DNA of 45,815 nt, taken from NCBI GenBank assembly GCA_003990765.1, contig RBNJ01000058.1, forward strand, positions 1 through 45,815. Reading direction: 5' to 3'. The notes beneath the pieces are model-generated. The model was not told where the DNA came from and did no database searches. It was given only the letters and a program-made list of their open reading frames with translations. How positions within the stretch are numbered: position 1 is the first letter of the stretch; each line of letters opens with the position of its first letter. Of the stretch, positions 33,582 to 45,815 are shown in pieces. Origin of the DNA: Jimgerdemannia flammicorona (taxonomy: Eukaryota). Made by a program: the position numbers and the translations under genes.

Positions 33582-36500
33582 GATACCTCTTGAGTCAGTT
33601 TTGGTGAATGGTAGTGGAGATGATTGTGCCTGAGAGTTTTCATAGCCAAAAGGTGGTCCCTTTTATATCTTATACAAGGTAAGGTCCTTCCCACTTAGGC
33701 TTCAGTTTTCATGACCATGAAGCTTCTACCATATTCTGATATACTAGGACTTTGTCTCCTATCTTGATAATCTCCAAGGGTTTGTGGGTCTTTTCTGCAT
33801 TCTTCTATTGTAGTATCTGTACCTTGGTTATGTAATCTTCAGTCTTCTTCCTAATTTGGTGTAGTCTCTGTATTTCTCCATCCACATGTTTCCATATAGT
33901 ATCTCTATTAGATAATAGGGTTTCTCAAGAACTTTCTTCTCCAAACAGCATCTCTCGAGGAGTAAAGTGGGTACTTTGTAATCTGATATCACAGAGAGCA
34001 GATAATACTATTAGCAGATAGTGATCCCAGTTTTCATAGTTATTACAGATCTTGGTGATAACATTCTTGAGGGTCTTGTTGGTCCTTTCTGCTTATCTGT
34101 TTTCTTGAAAGTAATAGGCTGTGGTCCAAATGTGCTAGATCTTGTACTTTTTATAGAGAACCTCAAAGAACTAGTTCATGAATTCTGTTCCTCTATTTGT
34201 AGTTACTTGCATTGGGGTCTTGAACCAGCAGATGATTTCTTTGTAGAAGAAATTGGCAATTGATGTGCATTAGCTTTCTTGAGAAGTCCTGCTTCTATCC
34301 ATTTTGTAAAAAGATCTATGATGACAATGATATATCAGTTGTGTCCATTCTTCCAGATGTTGGGGCATCTTTCGCTATTCCAGGTATATGATGATTCCAT
34401 AGTAAAGCTCCTTATTCATAATTGATTTATTGGTTGGAGGTATTTTGGAGTGTCTATAAGAGAGCATCTGTATTGGAATTTGTTCTTCCAGGGCAGTGCA
34501 CAATGGTTACATCATAGGCTTATAGCTTCATTATCCTTCTGGCATAGATTCCTTTGAGTTGTCCAGTTGTCAGTAACCAGATAAGAGCTGAGTGGTCTGT
34601 CTGGATAGTGAAGTGTCTTCTGGCCAGGTAGTAGTGGAACTCCAGATAACTGCGAGACATTTCAACTTGTAGGATTCATATTCTTTTTCAGCTCCTCGAG
34701 TTCCATGGCTAAGGTATACAATAATATACTCTTTTTTGTCTTCTTTTTGAGCTAGGACTACTCCTAGTCCCTGTGCACTTGCATCTGTCTGCAGAATGAA
34801 TTCTTGAGTCCAATTGGGTCATCTGAGGATGAGTGCCTGGGTCAGTCTGATCTTGAGTTCATCAAATGCTTTTTGTTGTCTGCTGGTCTACTGGAACTTG
34901 GTGTCCTTCTTATTGAGTTTGTAGATTAGACCTGCAATGTTGGAGAATCCTCTAATAAATCTGCAATAGTAGGAGGTAAGTCCTATGAAGGCTTGGGCTT
35001 CTGTAATAGTGGTGGGCCTTGGATATGCCACTACTGCTTATATCTTGAGGGAGTCCATGTGTGTTCCATCTCGATTGATAACATGGCCAAGGTAGGATCT
35101 TGATTTCTGCAAACTTGCACTTCTTGAGTTTGATGTAAAGGCCATATTGTCTTAGTCTCTCCATTATCTGCCATATATGCTACAGATATTCCTCAGGTGT
35201 CTTGCTGTAGATGATTACATCATCAACATAAACCATCATCCATCTTCCCATATCATAGTGGAAGATTTTGTTCATCATTCATTGGAAGCTTACTGGTGTA
35301 TTGCACATCCTGAATGGCATTTGCAGGTAGATATAGGTTCCATCTGGGGTGATGAAGGCTGACTTTTCACTTGCCATTTCTGTGAGTCCAATTTGGTGGA
35401 ATCCTGAGTATAAGTCCAAGGTGCTGTAGTACTGTACTTCATCTCCTAGTATTATAAAGATGTCGCTGATGAGGGGCAGTGGTTGGCAATCCTTCTTGGT
35501 AACTATATTGAGCTTTCTGTAGTCAACACAGAGTATTGGGGCGAATTCTCCAGACTTGCTTTCTTTTTTTGGAGCTAGTACAACTGGTGAAGACCAGGGG
35601 CTGCTGGCTTCTTTGATAATACCAGCTTCTTCCATCTGCTTGATTTCTTCTCTGAGCCATTCTTGGTAGGCTGGCAGGACAGGTCTTGCCTTCTGGTAAA
35701 TTGGTTCAGTGTCTCCAGTATCTACCTCATGATAGTAGTGTAGAGTCTTTTCTTTGATATTCTTGAAGTCTGTGGCAAGAACATCCTTGAATTCATAGAG
35801 TATTTTCTTGAGTTCCTCCTTGAGTGGGAATTCATTTCTGATGGTGTAGCTATGCTTGTTTGTGGTTTCCTCCTTCTTATGCTCCAGTTCAGTAATCTTG
35901 ATACTGGCAAATACTCCTCTTTCTGTAGATCCAAATCCTTTCTTTCCTCTTTTTGTTTCCTCCAAATTCTTGACCTCTATGATCCTTGGTTGTAGGATCA
36001 GAAAGATCAGCATCTGTACCAATCGGTCCTTCTTCTTGACTGGGAATGGAATTGTAGAATTGTGATTTCTGGCAATGAGCAGGATTTCTCCAGTATAGTC
36101 AGAATTGATGACTCCTCCTTCAATAGTAATTTTGCTTCTGGCCAGGCTGCTTCTTGTCTTGAAGATCCCAACATGATCCTTTGGGATAGTCATCTTCAGT
36201 CTAGTTATAAGTAGGGTAGTTGTCTGGGGTTCCAGTATGGCTTCTTCTACTGTGGCGATGTCCATTATAGCTGTATTTTCTGACTTATATTCTGGCAGAA
36301 CTGCATCAGGGTGAGTTCTTCGAATCTTGACCTTGATTTCTTCATTGTCACTGTCCTCTAGGAGGGCTGGTGGTTCATCATCTTCCTCTTTCTTCTCTTC
36401 TCTGACCTGTTTTTTGAGAGCTCTCTGTCTTCTTTCCTGGTGGATTTTTTTGATTCTGATGGTACACTGGTAGCAATCATTGACATACTCCATACAGTAT

Positions 36501-38371
36501 ATCTTGATCCTGTGAGGACAAACTCCTTGTAGTGCATAGCCTTCTGCAATCTTCTTGCACCATTCTTCTTCACTCATCCATCCTACTTTCTTCTTTGGAA
36601 TAGTTACCATATAAGCTTCCTCTTGCTTGCTCTCTTCTTCCTCTATATCAGGCAAGACTTCTTTGTTGACATTGATGGGAATTTGTATCTTCTGTCCCTG
36701 ATAGGTGATTTGCATCTTCTGAGCATTGAGGTTGATTACTGCCCTAGCTTTGTGAAGCCATTGATTGCTGATAAGGATGTCATAGTTGGTGGCATTGGTT
36801 ATGATTATATCTACTAGAATGGTTGCTCCTCCAATCTTGATGGGGATATCTTGAATCTTTCCCAGAGGGGCGGCTCTTGTGCCATCTGCTGTGACAAATA
36901 CCAACTTGGTTACTTCTTCAACCTCTCAACCTGCTGCCTTCTTGCTGAGAAGACATCCTCCTGCTTCAGTATCAATGATGGCTTCAAAGATTCTATTCTC
37001 GATCTGGCATATTGCATAGGCAGAGGTTTTGCAATTGTCTTCGCTTTCTTCTCCTGAGTTCTCTTAAACATTATTGGCCTCAGTTATCTTCCATCCTTGC
37101 TCCTTGATTGTTTCAACAAGTCCAAACCTCATTTGCTATCTGAATGTTGGGATTTCTGTGAGCTGATCAAAAGTTGTATTGACCTTTTATTGGCTAAGGT
37201 CCTTGAAGATATCATACTTGAAAGTCTTGGTCTTGCAAAGTTTCTTTTCTTTTTCTCCTTCACTGGCTAGAGTGGTTTCTCAGATAATATCTTGAACTGC
37301 TTGCTCCAGCTCCATATCTTGGTCCATCTCTTTGGCTTGGCTTTCTGTGGCAGTTTCCATCTGCTTTTCCACTGGGTTCTTCTTGGGTCTTCTTGGCAGT
37401 CTCTTGTAGGGTTCCTTGCAAACATCCTTCTTAGTGGTCTGGGCAGGATAGGCCTCCCATTCTTCTTCATCAGAATCTCCAATTTCTTTGAAGGTAATTG
37501 TATTGGCCTGCTCCTTGTTTCTAGTAGCATTACTTGGCTGAGCCTTGCACTTGGTTTTGCTCATGCATTTATAGGAGTAGTGGCCTTCTTCTCCACAGGT
37601 GTAGTAGGTACCTTTCTTCTTGTCTGAGATGACAACAAACTTCTGAACAGGGCAGTGGTCTCTTCTTCTGATCTCTTTTACCACATCTTCTAGGTGGGCA
37701 GTCATTTCTGTGAACCTCTTAGTAAGTTCCTTCAAAGGGTCGCTGTTCTTTTGCTCCTCTGTAGCTTTGGGCTGAGGTGTGTTTCAATTGATCATTATGG
37801 TAGAGATCACACTGGTTGTCTTAGGTGCTTCAATTCTGACTCCTGTGACTCTCTCCATTGTATGGTCTTGTGGGTGTCTGGCTATCCAGTATCACTGAGT
37901 ATAGGTGACCTTCTGTGGCATATCCAGAATCACTGGTAATGAGCAGATGGCCATAGCTATCTCTGGGTGGACTTCTTTCATAAAGGTTGCTTTGGCTACT
38001 TAGTCTCGGATAGCATCAGCATAATCTGTGAGGATTATCTGGTATTGGATTCTTGTGTTGAATATGTTTGGATCTTCACTCATTCCTTGGTATGTTGTGT
38101 TGAGCTAGTCCTTTAGAGCTTGCTTGATCTCATCTGTATAGTAGGTAGTTTGAAGCCAGGTCTTCTGTGCTATCAGTGTAGCATTGGCATCATTTCCCAC
38201 ATGGTTTGTAGCTGTGAATGCTACTCTTACAGGGCCTTGTAGGCTAAAGGGCATAAGGACTACTTGCTATGCTGCTGTCAGGGTCCTTACAGTGACATAC
38301 TACTTGAAATCATCAATGAAGGTGATGATTGATTCATCTGAGATATATCCACAGAATACTAGTGGTCTCAT
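33574..38371 (-). pseudogene. gag-pol: gag-pol (with dUTPase) and integrase of copy 32594-38976
   Basis: ORFs 35279-36904 and 37280-37735; RGKKGFGST, LCVDYRKLN, LDLYSGFHQI. Confidence 0.92.
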
Positions 38372-38976
38372 ATCCATCTTGTCTGGGTATTGGGACTCAG
38401 TTTGTATGGTTGTTCAGGTAGTAGCAGTTGTTTGTTGTTCAGCTTGAAAGTGAGGGATTTATCTTGAATCACCAGCTAATGGGCACTAAGTTATAATATA
38501 GTAGATACTTACTCTTGAAAGTATGTTGGATTTCTATATCTTGAGAACTTAACTGTTCTGACTCTTGCAGAGTCCTTTGAGTTGCAGGTGAGAGTGGATG
38601 AGTTCAAAGTGTATCTGCCCACAGGCTTACTAGTTCCTTTGCTATCTCTTTGTTTTGAACTATTTCGATCTGAGGCTTTATTCACTCTAAAATACTAGGT
38701 TATTTATACAAGTTTGCTAGCTATGAGATGGCTAAGTTATAACTATGTTTTCTATGAGTCATTTCTTTCATAAGTATTAAATCCTTAATATCTATTAAAT
38801 CTTTGACAATCATTGAAGAGTTTAATATCTATGAATAGTTTAACATTTATGAAAACTTTAATGTTTGTGAAATGACTGCTATCTGGGCTATACTATATTT
38901 GGGAATCAGATTCAGGTACTATGATCAAATGTCTTATTCTTCTGATTTATATTACTAATTCAGATCAACCATCACA

Positions 38977-40396
38977 ATACTAAGAGAGAATTTCTAAGTA
39001 TTTAGAAGATGCTATAATATTATAGAATATTCAGAAAAAGATAAGAAAAAACTAAAGAAAGATATAACAATATATTATAACTAAGATACATATGACTAAG
39101 AAATTATTATATCCCTCTCTCTTTAGGAATTAATATTCTTGTTAAATTTTTAAGACTATATAAGAATAATTATACTTAACTAAAATTTCTCAAACTTATT
39201 CAGATGCTACTGTAAAGAGTTGGCCAACTTTATATAAGATAAGAGCTAAAGACTTATATAATAGTTGGAGGTTTAAATCACTTAGGGGAAAATATTTATT
39301 ATCCTGAGTAAGCTTACTAGTAGTAACTATATCTATATAAAAATATATCAAGCTAGTAAGTAGAGATAGGAGTATATATTTTATCTATAAGATCTTATAT
39401 ATTCTTGAGATTTACTAGTAGTTTTCAGATAGTATTATATTAAAGTAGTCTATCTATTTAACTAGATATCCAGATCAGCAGTAGTGAATTCTTTTGTCTA
39501 AGATTTTTTCAATCTTATACTCAATATAGTCTTTAATAATTATAGAGACAGATGGCTTGAGAATTTAACTAGAGTAATATAGTAACTGATTTTAGATATT
39601 AAGATAAGATATATAAAAGACTAAATATACTTATATAGTTTCAGACAGCTTGAGATAGTAGAAGGATATAGAGACTTGTTCAGTTATTTTAAAGAGTTCA
39701 ATAAACTTAGATTGAAACTTATTTGATAAATAGTTGACTCAAGATTATATCTTAAGATTCTTAGTAGATAATATGATTTGATTACTAATAATATAGATAA
39801 TATTATAGTGTTTCTTGTTAGCATACTTTGCTTGATACTATTAAGTCTTCTAAAGATTCATAACAGCAATATTCAGTAGTTTATTTATCTTATCTATGAG
39901 GTTATTAATAGTAGAAACTTATATTTAACTGTTTTTCTAAAAAGAGACTAGACTTGTAGAGGTTTTGAAGTCTTGATCATAAAGTAGCTAAAAAGAAGAA
40001 AGATTAGTAGATAATTAGACTATATTGTTGAATGCAAATTCTATATAGATCAGATAGTAATCTTAATTATCTTACTTATAAGAAATATAATTTCTGAGTA
40101 TCTGTTCAATAGTTCTATTTATATACTCAGTTTATCTATCAGTTTGAAGATAAAAAATAGTAGATATAATAATTTGAGCTTTTAGAATCTTGAAAAGAAC
40201 TTACTAGAAGTGATTGATAAGCTTAGAATCTTAATTACTAACTTAGATTATAATAGCAGAAGATTAACTTAAAGAAGATTTTTGCAATCTCAGAGATAAT
40301 AGCATTAGTTATAGTAAGTTCAGTAATCATAGTCTTGGTTAGATAGTTAATAAATATAACTATATATTAATATCAGACTTAGTTTGAGATATATAG
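38977..40396. other. Highly AT-converted, unassigned relic sequence (probably an old transposon)
   Basis: No CpG seen, TA-rich, purine-skewed like decayed coding DNA; no recognisable motif. Confidence 0.35.
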
Positions 40397-43300
40397 TATA
40401 CTAGTGATCTCAGAATAGTGATATTATTATATAAAATAATCTTTTCTTATAAGCTATCAGATCAGAGCATAAGAAGATCATATAGTATGACTCATCTAGG
40501 CTATAAGATGAGTAATAATGAACAACTATGAGTCATGATGACTATAAGATAGACATCTCAAGAAATATAAAAAAAGAACCAAGAAACTACAGTAGTAGCA
40601 ACTCTAATAAGACTTACAAAAACCTGAAATAGTTTGAAAGACTCACTATAAAAAAAATGTCTGCTGCTTGCCAAACTATAAGGTTCAGGAACTCTCAAGG
40701 CTTCTCAGTTTAAGAAAGGATATTCTAAGACATTAGGAGAGCCATAAGGACTTATTCCAGAAGGATCTCTAGCCTCAACTTGGGTACTGATAACTCTTAT
40801 CACTTTACTCTCTACTACTATGAAATGGAGACAAGGATCACTACTACTACTAAATATATTTGGATGTAGTAAGAATATAAAATAGAAAATCTTCTCTACC
40901 AGGAATTCTCTCAGACCAGTCTCCAAGAGATATAAGATACCACTCTTATAGATGTATCTGTATTAAGAGTAGTCAAAAAGATCCATCAGATCTTCAGGTA
41001 TACATCTTAGTCAATCTCTAACTTAGAGTATACCAGAGTCTCAGACTTCAAGAAATTGTCAGTCTGTTATATAGATATACTAGAAGTCATGGTGACTACA
41101 GAAGCCTAATCTATTATTACTCTTAAAAGTGATGAGATAGAAGAGTTCTGGGATCCCATCCTCAAGAACAATCCAGATCAATTTCTACAAAGATTAATCT
41201 CAGTATTTCAAGGCTCCAGTATCCAGATCAGACCCCCTCAAGATCTCACCTTTGTTCTTTACTTTGTAGAAGAAAATATTATTGATTAGAGAGTCTCTGA
41301 TCTTCTTGCCACTGTTGTCAAATATGATAACATCATTATCAATAATATCATCCCACTAATCAATATATACAAAATGAATGAAATACTTGTAGAAATGCTT
41401 ACTGATCTTATTTTCTTTAAAGATATCTCATCTCTGACCTCTAGCCTAAATAATAGTAACAAAGATGAAGCCTCAAGAATTTTGAACATTCTACTCTGAT
41501 TTGCTTATATAACTATTTATTTGAATACTTGAATATTCTAGTACTCTGACTTTGTATAACTATTAAAAATTATTTCAGTATTCTGATCTTATACAATTAA
41601 TTATATAGATACTCAAATTTGTACTTACAATCTGAAGTTTTCTATATTCAAATATCTTATTTAGTTATTGAATTTTATATTTAGCTTTATATCTTAGCAA
41701 CTATTGAATTATATTTTATATAAATACTCCTCTCATTTCTTTTGAAATAAAGTCAGTATTAAAATACTCAAGCATTCAAGTACCCAACTACTCAAGAGCA
41801 TAAAAGTTCTAGTTCTCTACTCAATTCTACACAAGTAAATCCAAGAGATAACAGAACAGTTTAAAGATAAGAAGTTTGAGAACTATAAGACCTTAGAAAG
41901 GCACTCTAATAGAACTTACTTATAAGAAACTGATAGTTAATCTAAGAGATATACCTTGAAGAGAATCTGATATACTTAGAGAACTCAGTACCCATAATGT
42001 GACAACTTGGTACCTATTGGCTAGTAATACCATTAGGATCTCTTACTTTCAAGATTAATAATGAATAACTACTACAATAACTACCCTAACTACAAGAGTC
42101 ACTCTCTGTAAGAATTCAATAAAGAGTTAATTCTGACCTTTATTGAAGACTTTGAATAATTTGCTACCATATAAGCTCTCAATATTGAAGCACAATTGGC
42201 CCTCTTATCTGTCAGCCTCAGAGGATCTGTCAGAGACAAGTTCAATATAGTCATCATTGCCAACAATAGTGCGGCCAAACTCATCAACATGAAGAACTTC
42301 CTTAGAACTATATACTATTCAAGCAAGCTCTCAAAGATTAACTCAATACTATCTGCCAAGGACTCAATAAAGACCCCAACTCATTCTATATCCAAATCTA
42401 CCACCAGATTGTCTTAGCTAGCTATGATGATACCCTTAAGGAACAGATAGCTGATTCAATCTTTCTAAAAGGAGTCCACTATGAAATTACTCTAGAAATC
42501 TGGTCAACCTCAGCTGCTCTGACTCTTGATCAGAAAGTAGTCTTTGTATAGAGATATTGGACTGTCAGACCCCACTGAACACTTAATAGAAAGGATAACT
42601 AGTATCAAGATAGAGTCACTAAAGCCAATTAATATCATACCTACTATAGCCCTCAATAGACAACTATTCTCATCTACTCTAAAGATGACCAAAGCTGACT
42701 CAGTGGAGAAACTCATCCAGCAGTTTGCTAAAATAACTATACATCTTAATAATATTGTCAAAAAAGTACAAAGTGTCTACAGAAGACTAGTACAGAAGTT
42801 TGTAGCTACTATAGAGAAACATACCATTACATACTTCAAATGTAGAAAAGAAGGCCACTATGCAAAAAATTGCATTACTGAAACAAGATACAGAGCCCAA
42901 CTAAGTAATACTATCAGAACTAGAGAACAAATCAATATAGTAGTCATCAAGGAGATTGGTGATACTGATGATGAAGAATACTATAAGGAGTCTGAATTTT
43001 ACTCTATTATTGAAAATACCAGAACCTAGTCCAAGCCCTATAATAAGAAGGATAACAGTAAGCCAGTTAGAAGACCAAAAAGATCTCAACCATCACTATT
43101 TAAAGTAAGACCAAATCTGAGGAGATTGATCAAGATATGGAGTTAGATGAAGCTACTCACTAAATTATTAAAAACACTACTAAGTCTCAGAAGAAAGTGA
43201 AAGCAAGAAAGAACAGAAGCTATATAAGACCAAAGTTCATCAGTATGATATCTACAAGGATCTTAAAGAATAGAAGATCAATGCTACTTCTGGATAACTA

Positions 43301-45519
43301 GCAGAAGTCTCTGCCTTTAGATAGTAGTTGAGAGCAAGACTTACAACCACAGTCAAGAACCAAGAGTACAAGATTATAGAAGCTCACAATATACAAGAAG
43401 ATAAATAAGAAGACTCAGACAAAGAATCTGAAGATCAGTACAAGATCTCAGCCTATATCCAATATCATATTGAAGATTGTATCTTTAATACTATCATTGA
43501 TACTAGTGCTGAAGGATGTCTTATGAGTAAGAAGACAATTGACCATCTAGACTGAGATATTGAAGAATCTATCAAAATAGTCTATATCATTACAGATGAT
43601 ATATAAGCTACCTCCCTAGGCAAGATCTGAGAAGTCTCCATTAAGATTAGAGAAGCTACTATCTCAGTAAATATGATCATTATAAGTGTTACTAACTATG
43701 ATATCCTCATTAGTAACCAATAACTTCACAAGGCCAAAGCTGTCATTGACCTTAATATCTAGAAGATGCAGATCAACTATAGAGGAAGAAAGATATGAGT
43801 CTCTATCAATGTCCATAAAGAAGTACTATCAGACATAGAGAAAGGAGATGAAGAGAATACAGAAGTCTTCATATACTTGGTATATAAGAACAATAGCAAG
43901 ACAACTAAACTTACAGATGAGTAGTGGTATAATAAGATCATTGATAACTATGTTTCTCAAGGAAGATATCCCCATAGTACTAGGATATACTACTCTTAAC
44001 ATCTAAATACCTACTAGTTCTATATCAGTAAAGTTAGAAAAATCCATCAATAAAGATATGAGTAAGAAGCTGAAGCAAAAAAGAAAGCCAAAGAAAATGA
44101 CTAGCCCCCAGAGCTTCAAGCTGATAGTAATGATGAAGAGGAACAAGAACCAGACATCACTCTCAAAATTAAGAAGTTTTACCCCAAAGTCAAGATCCCA
44201 GAATATAAGACTAAAGGAGCTATAGAAATAGATCTTGCTAACATCCAAGATGCTATCCTCAAACTACAGACCACCACTCTACTTAGTATTGAAATTGGAG
44301 TCAAGTTACCAGAGAACTATATCAGAATTATCAAAACCAGGAGTAGTCTGACCAAGAGTAAAATCTCAGTTGAAGGAGGAATCATTAACTCTAATTATAC
44401 TGGTGATATCTTCCTTATTGTTAGGAATCACAACTCCACCACTCTATTTGAAGTCAAGAAGTATGACAGGATTGACCAGATACTGATCCATGAAGTTAAG
44501 AAGTTTAAGATCACTAAGACCATTAAACTCATCAAGACTAAGAGAGAAGAATAAAGCTTTGGATCTACTGAAAGAGGAGCCTATGCTGTCATCAAGATTA
44601 CTGAACTCAAGCATAAGAAAGATAAGGACCAGAATAAGCACATATATACTATTGGAGAAAACTTCCTTCTGGAAGAACAACTTCTTAAGATCCTATATTA
44701 GAATAAAGAAGTACTTACCACAGACTTCAGAGACATCCACAATCAAGAACCTAAGTATTACTATGAAGTTGATACCAGTGATATCAAGCCCATCTACCAG
44801 AAAGCCAGACCTATACCAACTATCTACAGAGAATAGCTGCAAGCAGAACTCAAGGAAATAGAAGAAGCTAGTATCATTAAGCAAGCTATTAGCCCCTGGA
44901 CTTTACTCATTGTCCTTGCCTCAAAGAAAGAAAGCAAGTCTGGAGAGTTCACCCCAAGACTCTATATTGATTACAGAAAGTTCAATATAATTATCAAGAA
45001 GAATAGGCAGCTTTTGCTAAATATTTAAGAAATCCTTACTACTCTTAAAAGTGAAGCCAAATACTACACCACCTTGGATCTGTTCTCAGGCTTCTATCAG
45101 ATTGGTCTCACTCAAGATATCAGTAAGAAATCAGCCTTCATCATACTTGATATCACTTATATCTACCTATGAATACTATTTGGAATATATAATCTCTCAG
45201 TAAGTTTTCAGCAAATGATGAATAGAGTTTTCAGCAATGAAATTGAAAAATGGCTCTTTATCTATATTGATGATATGATCATCTTCAGCAATACTACATA
45301 GGAATATATCAACTATATATAGCTAGCTCTCAAGAAGCTCAAGGAGCATGGCCTCTACATCAAGCCCAAGAAGTATAAATTTGTAGCTCAAGAAATCATC
45401 TATCTAGAATACATTATCAATCAGACTGGAATTCATATAGACCCTATGAAGATTGATACTATTGCAGCCTACCTAAGATCTAGAATAACTATAGAAGTCT
45501 ATGTCTTCCTTAGACTGGT

Positions 45520-45522
<3 letters not shown>
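40397..45522 (+). mobile_element. LTR retrotransposon family A copy 2 (5' LTR 40397-42004, gag, PR, dUTPase, RT), interrupted at 45522
   Basis: Colinear with 1556-~6532; PBS at 42005; retains the zinc knuckle YFKCRKEGHYAKNC. Confidence 0.92.
40657..41499 (+). pseudogene. LTR-internal ORF of family A copy 2 (281 codons)
   Basis: ATG TCT GCT GCT ... AAC ATT CTA CTC TGA; homologous to 1791-2606 with the frame preserved end to end. Confidence 0.68.
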
Positions 45523-45602
<80 letters not shown>

Positions 45603-45815
45603 TCACTTAGACTTTGCCATTTATTATCAGTCTATAGATATAGTTACAGTACCTTCTCCCACTACCCAATCTGTAAGAGGGTTACTTTTTAGGGTAACTG
45701 TTACATAGTTCTAGAAGGGTTTTCTGGAAGTTCTGGATATTCTGGAAGACTGTTTTCTTATGGTCAAGATCAATTTCATATGGAGTACATCCTCTACGCT
45801 TATTGATTTCAAGAT
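45523..45815 (-). mobile_element. 3' end of a poly(A)-tailed non-LTR element inserted in family A RT; continues beyond window
   Basis: Poly(T) at 45523-45598; minus-strand AATAAA and the same terminal AAGTCTAAGTGACT motif as the LINE at 15293. Confidence 0.8.

Larger units (their letters stand above)
32594..38976 (-). mobile_element. LTR retrotransposon family B, intermediate-age copy
   Basis: LTRs 32594-33078 and 38492-38976; ATAC TSD; 541-aa PR-dUTPase-RT ORF at 36904-35279; deletion in the integrase N-terminus near 34340. Confidence 0.95.

Noticed and set aside
45501-45692. Poly-Phe ORF
   Set aside because: Translation of the poly(T) tail of an inserted non-LTR element.

Overview
Eukaryotic, most likely fungal, DNA (host not identifiable from sequence alone). 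The first ~1.1 kb holds the 5' five exons of an intact, CpG-normal DNMT2/TRDMT1 tRNA-C38 methyltransferase gene on the minus strand, followed by a small inverted repeat. From 1556 to the end the window is a nested retrotransposon island that is almost devoid of CpG and riddled with C>T/G>A transitions (RIP-like hypermutation of graded intensity). It contains two related Ty3/gypsy-type LTR families with 4-bp TSDs. Family A has ~1.55-1.6 kb LTRs (copies at 1556-15908 and 40397-45522). Family B has ~460-490 bp LTRs (three full-length copies, one nested in another, plus a solo LTR and a fossil). The island also holds a full-length L1-like LINE, the 3' tail of a second poly(A) element, and a long foldback/TIR element. 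The LTR elements have an unusual architecture. A Cys/His module and a trimeric dUTPase lie between protease and RT. In family B the integrase and a conserved 153-aa accessory ORF3 sit in successive +1 frames joined by overlapping ATG/stop junctions. In family A a ~270-280-codon ORF lies inside the LTR U3 and shares a motif with family B ORF3.
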